64,000 nucleotides of DNA from a virus: positions 2,773 through 66,772 of the IMG/VR virus record IMGVR_UViG_3300042554_002903; one strand, written 5' to 3'. The stretch's first letter is position 1. Each line of letters opens with the position of its first letter. Positions 59,520-64,000 of this stretch are shown here, piece by piece. The notes under the pieces were generated by a model. It searched no databases, was not told where the DNA came from, and saw only the letters and a list, made by a program, of their open reading frames with translations. The position numbers and the translations under genes are program-made.

Positions 59520-60137
59520 ATGAAAAATTCAAACATTCAAAAGGCGCAAAATGAGACAGCGCAAAAGTCTCAATCCATTTCGCTGATGGTATTAATCGAC
59601 TGTGAAACCAATCATGAAACTAAAGAAGTTGCGCAATTCGTAGCTATTGCCAATACTACTGAAACGGTGAATCAGCAAGCGGGCAAAATCTTTACCGCTG
59701 CAAGAGTAGCGGCACGCAATGCCATTCAATCCGGTTATAAAGTCAAGGAACTGAAAAAGGTAAAAGATAGTGAAGACAGTCAAGTAATTGCGCGCAAAGT
59801 CCGCGAATCAGATTTTCGCATCACCATTGCACTGAATTACAGTACCGATGATGAGCAAATTTTGGGTAAAATTGTATCTTTGCCCTTTGCATTCACGGAC
59901 GGGCAAAAGGTGCGGAAATCGGCTATTGACTTTATCAATGCTCTTTTATCGGCTCCCATTGACAGGGCGCACGATGAATTAATTGAATCTTCTCTATTCA
60001 CTGACAACCTGAAAGTAAAAGAAGTTCCGACGGTAACAAAGGACGGTAAGCAAACGGTTCGCAAAGTGGCGGACGTGCCTCAATTGGCTGACTTCCGTCG
60101 CTTCCTTGACTCTCCTTTGTCAATTGCGCTGAATTAA
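59520..60137 (+). CDS. hypothetical protein (first gene of the rightward early-type block)
   Basis: 205-aa ORF with an A-rich leader. Confidence 0.7.
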   Translation: MKNSNIQKAQNETAQKSQSISLMVLIDCETNHETKEVAQFVAIANTTETVNQQAGKIFTAARVAARNAIQSGYKVKELKKVKDSEDSQVIARKVRESDFRITIALNYSTDDEQILGKIVSLPFAFTDGQKVRKSAIDFINALLSAPIDRAHDELIESSLFTDNLKVKEVPTVTKDGKQTVRKVADVPQLADFRRFLDSPLSIALN

Positions 60138-60688
60138 GGCGCGACGGTGCAACGTGCTGAAATAAGGCACTGACTGCGAAAGTATTGCACCGTGCAAAAT
60201 TAGAGTATTTATACTCTTGTTTTACGTTCTTTACAAATACCGTTTCAGAGTGCCTGAATTAAGTTTCACGGGCAAAGAATGCACAAGGCTACAAGGTTTT
60301 AATATCTGCAAAGTGAGTTAAAGTGTAACGGTTAAGGTAATGCCATTCTATTAATGCCATTGTAAGGAGTAAGAAAGACCGTGTGACGGGGTCTGAATCA
60401 GCGATTCGCAAACCGTAATTTATTAAAGAGTCTTATATAAGTCAGGTTGATGAAATTAGGACAGGCGAATTAAAATAGAACGCTAAAGGCATAACGGCAC
60501 TGCAATACCCCGTAATAATGACAGCACGTTGAATAGGCTAACTTTTATGCCTGATTCAGTCAGCCGTCCGCCCTTAATTCATGTGACAGGGCAGCGCAAA
60601 ATAAGATATAAATAAGCGCAATAAAAGCAAAAGGAGCTTTTAAAAATGTAAACAAAAAAATAAGAGTCTATATTATACCATTACATTT

Positions 60689-60720
60689 GGGGGCTGGCTT
60701 TAATTAGTCAGTCCCTTTTT
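60689..60720 (+). terminator. intrinsic terminator
   Basis: GGGGCTGGCT...AGTCAGTCCC followed by TTTTT. Confidence 0.75.
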
Positions 60721-60924
60721 GTGTGGTATCTCTACTACTCATGTGAACCATACATGAGGTGCAATATATGTGAGACCCATCGCAAAAGTTAAAACGTGTA
60801 TGCGTTTACTTTGCGCCCGTCTCATAGGTTGTGCAGGTTTGCCCGTTATGCTTGACACCATTGCGGACGGTTTCAATTGCCGTGCAGCCACTACGCCCAT
60901 CACTCAAATGTGGTGGGCTTTTTT

Positions 60925-61113
60925 ATGCAGAAAAATATAACAATCGAGATTCCAGAAAGTGTGGATATCTCACACATGGTGCAAGTCATTGCTTTTGCTT
61001 GTCTATACTCAGATCATGTTACACCTGACGAGTATGAAGTTCTTTGTGACATACTTAAACAATTAACTGATGAGCCTGTGGAAATACCTAATGCTATGTT
61101 TGAAAATAAGTGA
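60925..61113 (+). CDS. hypothetical protein
   Basis: MQKNITIEIPES...; its stop is the TGA of the motif. Confidence 0.6.
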   Translation: MQKNITIEIPESVDISHMVQVIAFACLYSDHVTPDEYEVLCDILKQLTDEPVEIPNAMFENK

Positions 61114-61119
61114 GACCCA

Positions 61120-61311
61120 ATGCGATTAATAAAATTAACCAATGACGGCCCAGATAAAACATGTAATGTATGGGTCAATCCTGCTGAAATTGTGTGGATT
61201 CGTAAACATTCTGAATCCGTTACTCTTTTGTGTATGACCTTTGGACTTAAGGTCTATGTTCAGGAGACTCCAGAAGAGGTGTGTGCTTTAATAAGCTTTA
61301 ATAATAAGTGA
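61120..61311 (+). CDS. FlbD-like small phage protein
   Basis: MRLIKLT...VWVNPAEIVWI...VQETPEEV; both ends lie in motif junctions. Confidence 0.65.
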   Translation: MRLIKLTNDGPDKTCNVWVNPAEIVWIRKHSESVTLLCMTFGLKVYVQETPEEVCALISFNNK

Positions 61312-61317
61312 GACCCA

Positions 61318-61497
61318 ATGCAAGTAGTAAATATAACCGTAAACGTACCCGAAGGTACGGACATGGACCACATGTTTGAAGCCGTGTGGGGTGCCATGTG
61401 TCTGAGTACTAAGGTAACACAACAAGAGACGGACTTCGTACTGAGTCTGATTACTAAAGTGGATGCAGAACTAAAGTTAAATAAAAATCCGAAATGA
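61318..61497 (+). CDS. 59-aa hypothetical protein (not in ORF track)
   Basis: MQVVNITVNVPEGTDMDHM...; starts at the motif ATG; resembles 60925-61113. Confidence 0.6.
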   Translation: MQVVNITVNVPEGTDMDHMFEAVWGAMCLSTKVTQQETDFVLSLITKVDAELKLNKNPK

Positions 61498-61718
61498 AAG
61501 GTGAATTATTCCAATTTGAAGACCCAAAAGGTAACGAAAGCGGTCTGTTTTACACAGAAGATAGTGTGTTATTTAGTGGTACTTTACTGCCCGAATGGTA
61601 CAGACTGTACACAGCTTCTGAAGAGTATGACATCGACGGTGAAGACGGCTTTGTGGACTTTGTAGCCGAGCGTGGCTACAGTATTGAACGTGTGTATATC
61701 AATCCGATTTGTATATGA
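61494..61718 (+). CDS. acidic hypothetical protein
   Basis: ATGA overlaps. Confidence 0.6.
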   Translation: MKGELFQFEDPKGNESGLFYTEDSVLFSGTLLPEWYRLYTASEEYDIDGEDGFVDFVAERGYSIERVYINPICI

Positions 61719-61813
61719 AAATCTTTAACGCCATCGGTAACGCACTGGGAGTAGTGTGTGCCGTCTTGTTTATCCTCATAGCTTTACGTATCCTATGGGG
61801 TTTATTAATGTGA
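61715..61813 (+). CDS. 32-aa membrane peptide (not in ORF track)
   Basis: MKIFNAIGNALGVVCAVLFILIALRILWGLLM; stop in the motif. Confidence 0.5.
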   Translation: MKIFNAIGNALGVVCAVLFILIALRILWGLLM

Positions 61814-61830
61814 GACCCAATGTAAAACGC

Positions 61831-62172
61831 ATGTATAACAAAGAAAATTTAATCAGTTTCCTGTCAGCCAAGGCTGCACAGAAGAACGTGGACATCAATG
61901 ATGTACCAGGTTGGGTGTATGACGCAGTAATTGCGTATCTCGGTTGGTTAGAACCGCTTACTAACTTATCCAAAGTTGTGAGTAATGACCCGTGCGAACT
62001 ACCATTTATACTTGAATGGTTGGAAAATACAGACTTTGATGACGGTTCTGGAAGTTTACCTGCGCATGGTACTACATTCACTACCAAAGACGGTAATGAA
62101 ATCGAGATAGTAATGTGGGAACCCCATGTGTACTGGGAGCTTAACCAATTGGTTGAAGAAGTTTATAATTAA
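61831..62172 (+). CDS. hypothetical protein
   Basis: Start re-called at MYNKENL. Confidence 0.6.
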   Translation: MYNKENLISFLSAKAAQKNVDINDVPGWVYDAVIAYLGWLEPLTNLSKVVSNDPCELPFILEWLENTDFDDGSGSLPAHGTTFTTKDGNEIEIVMWEPHVYWELNQLVEEVYN

Positions 62173-62177
62173 ACAAT

Positions 62178-62387
62178 ATGATAACAATAATTTCAATCGT
62201 AGTGATATGCATCATATTGGTGGTGTCCTACTTTCTTGCTGTTCTCGTTTGCGGAGAACCTCTCTATGACGGACTTGAATACATCATTGGTTATATTCTG
62301 TTAGGTCTACTCTTATTTTGCCTGTTTGGTATTCTTTTCTGGGCTTGCTTCATGTTTGTACGTGAAGTATTAGTTACTTTAATGTGA
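62178..62387 (+). CDS. two-TM membrane protein
   Basis: Hydrophobic; stop in the motif. Confidence 0.6.
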   Translation: MITIISIVVICIILVVSYFLAVLVCGEPLYDGLEYIIGYILLGLLLFCLFGILFWACFMFVREVLVTLM

Positions 62388-62393
62388 GACCCA

Positions 62394-62771
62394 ATGGAAA
62401 ATTTATTAACTGAAACTCTGTCTGAGCTTTTACGCCGCAATAAAAAGGAAAGTGATATCAGGTGGGTGGGAACTCGTTCTCATAAAATCACATGGGAAAA
62501 CTTTAAAGAGTGTGCCGATATCGAATACGATGAGTCATCATCAATACAAGAGGTAGCCTATGACCTTGTCATTGTTGGTGATGGATGGTGGTTAGAGAGG
62601 TACGAGTGGGATAATTACGGCTCAGAGGCATGGCGATTTGTCAAAGTACCTGTAGAACCAGATGAGACACTACATGTGGACTCCCTGACAAGAGACCAAG
62701 CAGTAAGATTAGGGCGTGACCTCTCTTATTTTGAAAGTCATGACTTAGAAGCGTTAAATGGTATTAAGTGA
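62394..62771 (+). CDS. hypothetical phage protein
   Basis: NLLTET...DIRWVG...DLVIVGDGWWLER; both ends lie in motif junctions. Confidence 0.7.
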   Translation: MENLLTETLSELLRRNKKESDIRWVGTRSHKITWENFKECADIEYDESSSIQEVAYDLVIVGDGWWLERYEWDNYGSEAWRFVKVPVEPDETLHVDSLTRDQAVRLGRDLSYFESHDLEALNGIK

Positions 62772-62777
62772 GACCCA

Positions 62778-62930
62778 ATGAACTTGAAAAAATTACGTGA
62801 GCGCCGCAAGACGTATGCAATTGCTGCGCTGTACGGTACATTAGGTATCGTACTGTGTGTTAACACACCCGCAATCGGCCTGGCTGTATTGTGTGGTGTA
62901 CTTACATTGCTTATTTGTGAGACACGATGA
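62778..62930 (+). CDS. 50-aa membrane peptide (not in ORF track)
   Basis: MNLKKLRERRKTYAIAALYG...; starts at the motif ATG and overlaps the next gene by ATGA. Confidence 0.55.
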   Translation: MNLKKLRERRKTYAIAALYGTLGIVLCVNTPAIGLAVLCGVLTLLICETR

Positions 62931-63412
62931 GAGACCCAATCAATATGATTATGAGTATACCATTTTTAATCCGCAGCAAGAGCACAGTACCTGTGTCTCA
63001 ACGTCTGAATGACTGGATAATTGAGCGCACTAAGCATATCAAACATGAGGTAGTGAGTTACGAATTCAATGACTCCTTCGAAGAATTAAAGCGTACCTAC
63101 ACTGAGACCGGTGTAATTATTGTCAATGATTTACATGGTGACAAAACGATATACGGTGACCGCAGGGTTAACGCATTGGCTCGGGTGTGGCATGACTATC
63201 ATCATGTCATGCTTGATACCCCCTTTGACCAATTAGGTGAGACCCGTACTGCATTCTCTCAGATTGCAGAACTACCTGATGACTGGCATTTTGAACGCAT
63301 GCTTGTGCTCTGTGATATCATAGGTCAGACCACATATCATAGCGTACATGGTTGCTTTGTGGATGACCAACGTAAATTTACGGCTGCACTTATGACAACA
63401 GGTAGGATATGA
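62927..63412 (+). CDS. hypothetical phage protein (WHDxxH motif)
   Basis: KTIYGDRRVNALARVWHDYHH...GE...DIIGQ..Y...F. Confidence 0.7.
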   Translation: MRDPINMIMSIPFLIRSKSTVPVSQRLNDWIIERTKHIKHEVVSYEFNDSFEELKRTYTETGVIIVNDLHGDKTIYGDRRVNALARVWHDYHHVMLDTPFDQLGETRTAFSQIAELPDDWHFERMLVLCDIIGQTTYHSVHGCFVDDQRKFTAALMTTGRI

Positions 63413-63547
63413 ACATAGTCTTCCAAATAATCAGCGCTGCACTGTATGTGTATGCTCTGTATCAAGATGGGTGTGAGGCCCGTCCGTATTTCATCTCGGC
63501 CTACCTCGTACTGATGGTGGGCTTTGTAATTAAAACCAATTTTAAAA

Positions 63548-64000
63548 ATGAAAAAATATAAATTAAGTAAGACCGATTCGATTGAGGTCGATGGTCGTAA
63601 GCTGTACCGCATCATTGCGACACACTCGTTTGGTGATGTAACCAAGGGTGAGACCGGTGGTTACGTGGAGAAAGAAGAGAACCTCAGTCATGAGGGTGAC
63701 GCATGGGTCTGCGGTAATGCACGGGTCTCCGGTAATGCACGGGTCAGCGATAATGCATGGGTCTGCGGTAATGCACGGGTCTCCGGTAATGCACGGGTCT
63801 ACGATAATGCACTGGTCAGCGGTAATGCACAGGTCTACGGTGATGCACAGGTCTGGGGTAATGCACAGGTCTGGGGTAATGCACAGGTCTGGGGTAATGC
63901 ACAGGTCTGGGGTAATGCACGGGTCTGGGGTAATGCACAGGTCAGCGATAATGCACGGGTCAGCGGTAATGCACGGGTCAGCGATAATGCATGGGTCTGC
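63548..64000 (+). CDS. hexapeptide-repeat (left-handed beta-helix) phage protein, truncated by the window end
   Basis: MKKYKLS...LYRIIA..FGDV.KGETGGYVEKEENLS then (G/D)NA(R/W/Q)V(S/C/W/Y) repeats. Confidence 0.85.
   Translation, partial: MKKYKLSKTDSIEVDGRKLYRIIATHSFGDVTKGETGGYVEKEENLSHEGDAWVCGNARVSGNARVSDNAWVCGNARVSGNARVYDNALVSGNAQVYGDAQVWGNAQVWGNAQVWGNAQVWGNARVWGNAQVSDNARVSGNARVSDNAWVC
63696..64000 (+). repeat. 18-bp tandem repeat
   Basis: Repeated g(g/a)taatgcac(g/a)ggtc(tgg/agc/tcc/tac) units. Confidence 0.9.

Noticed and set aside
60144-60193. Hammerhead ribozyme
   Set aside because: A three-way junction is present but the CUGANGA core and junctional GAAA are not correctly placed
60770-62780. 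Recurring GTGAGACCCAATG as a CRISPR array
   Set aside because: The repeat is only 13 nt, the spacing is irregular (about 200-570 nt), the intervals are intact ORFs, and no cas genes are present

Overview
This window is most of a Bacteroidota dsDNA phage genome with a crAss-like/podovirus gene order. It has (i) a rightward replication block at 1-13.5 kb: serine recombinase, DnaA-domain-IV-like HTH, primase-helicase and family-B DNA polymerase; (ii) a leftward packaging, lysis and virion block at 13.4-46.7 kb: TerL, phosphoesterase, GT2 glycosyltransferase, membrane proteins, collagen fibre, a 2567-aa multi-domain cargo protein, tail proteins, MCP, scaffold and portal; (iii) a rightward recombination/accessory block at 47.4-57.5 kb: SSB, YqaJ nuclease, NinG, amidase, CysRS anticodon-binding domain, Acb2/Tad1-like, ASCH and three aberrant tRNA-like elements; and (iv) a non-coding divergence region at 58.7-59.5 kb followed by small early-type genes. 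Many genes have their own Bacteroidota sigma-70 promoter (TTGAC-N18-TAnnTTTG). The strongest unexplained signal is an asymmetric 10-mer, GTGAG(A/G)CCCA. I found 31 exact copies by eye against about 0.24 expected by chance, plus many one-mismatch copies. It is written into coding sequences, sits in a fixed register inside promoter spacers, forms stop-start junctions (gTGAgacccaATG) between small genes, and closes the stem of an unusual tRNA-like RNA. This suggests a stoperator-like or cassette-shuffling system. All function calls come from motif recognition by eye; no database searches were run.
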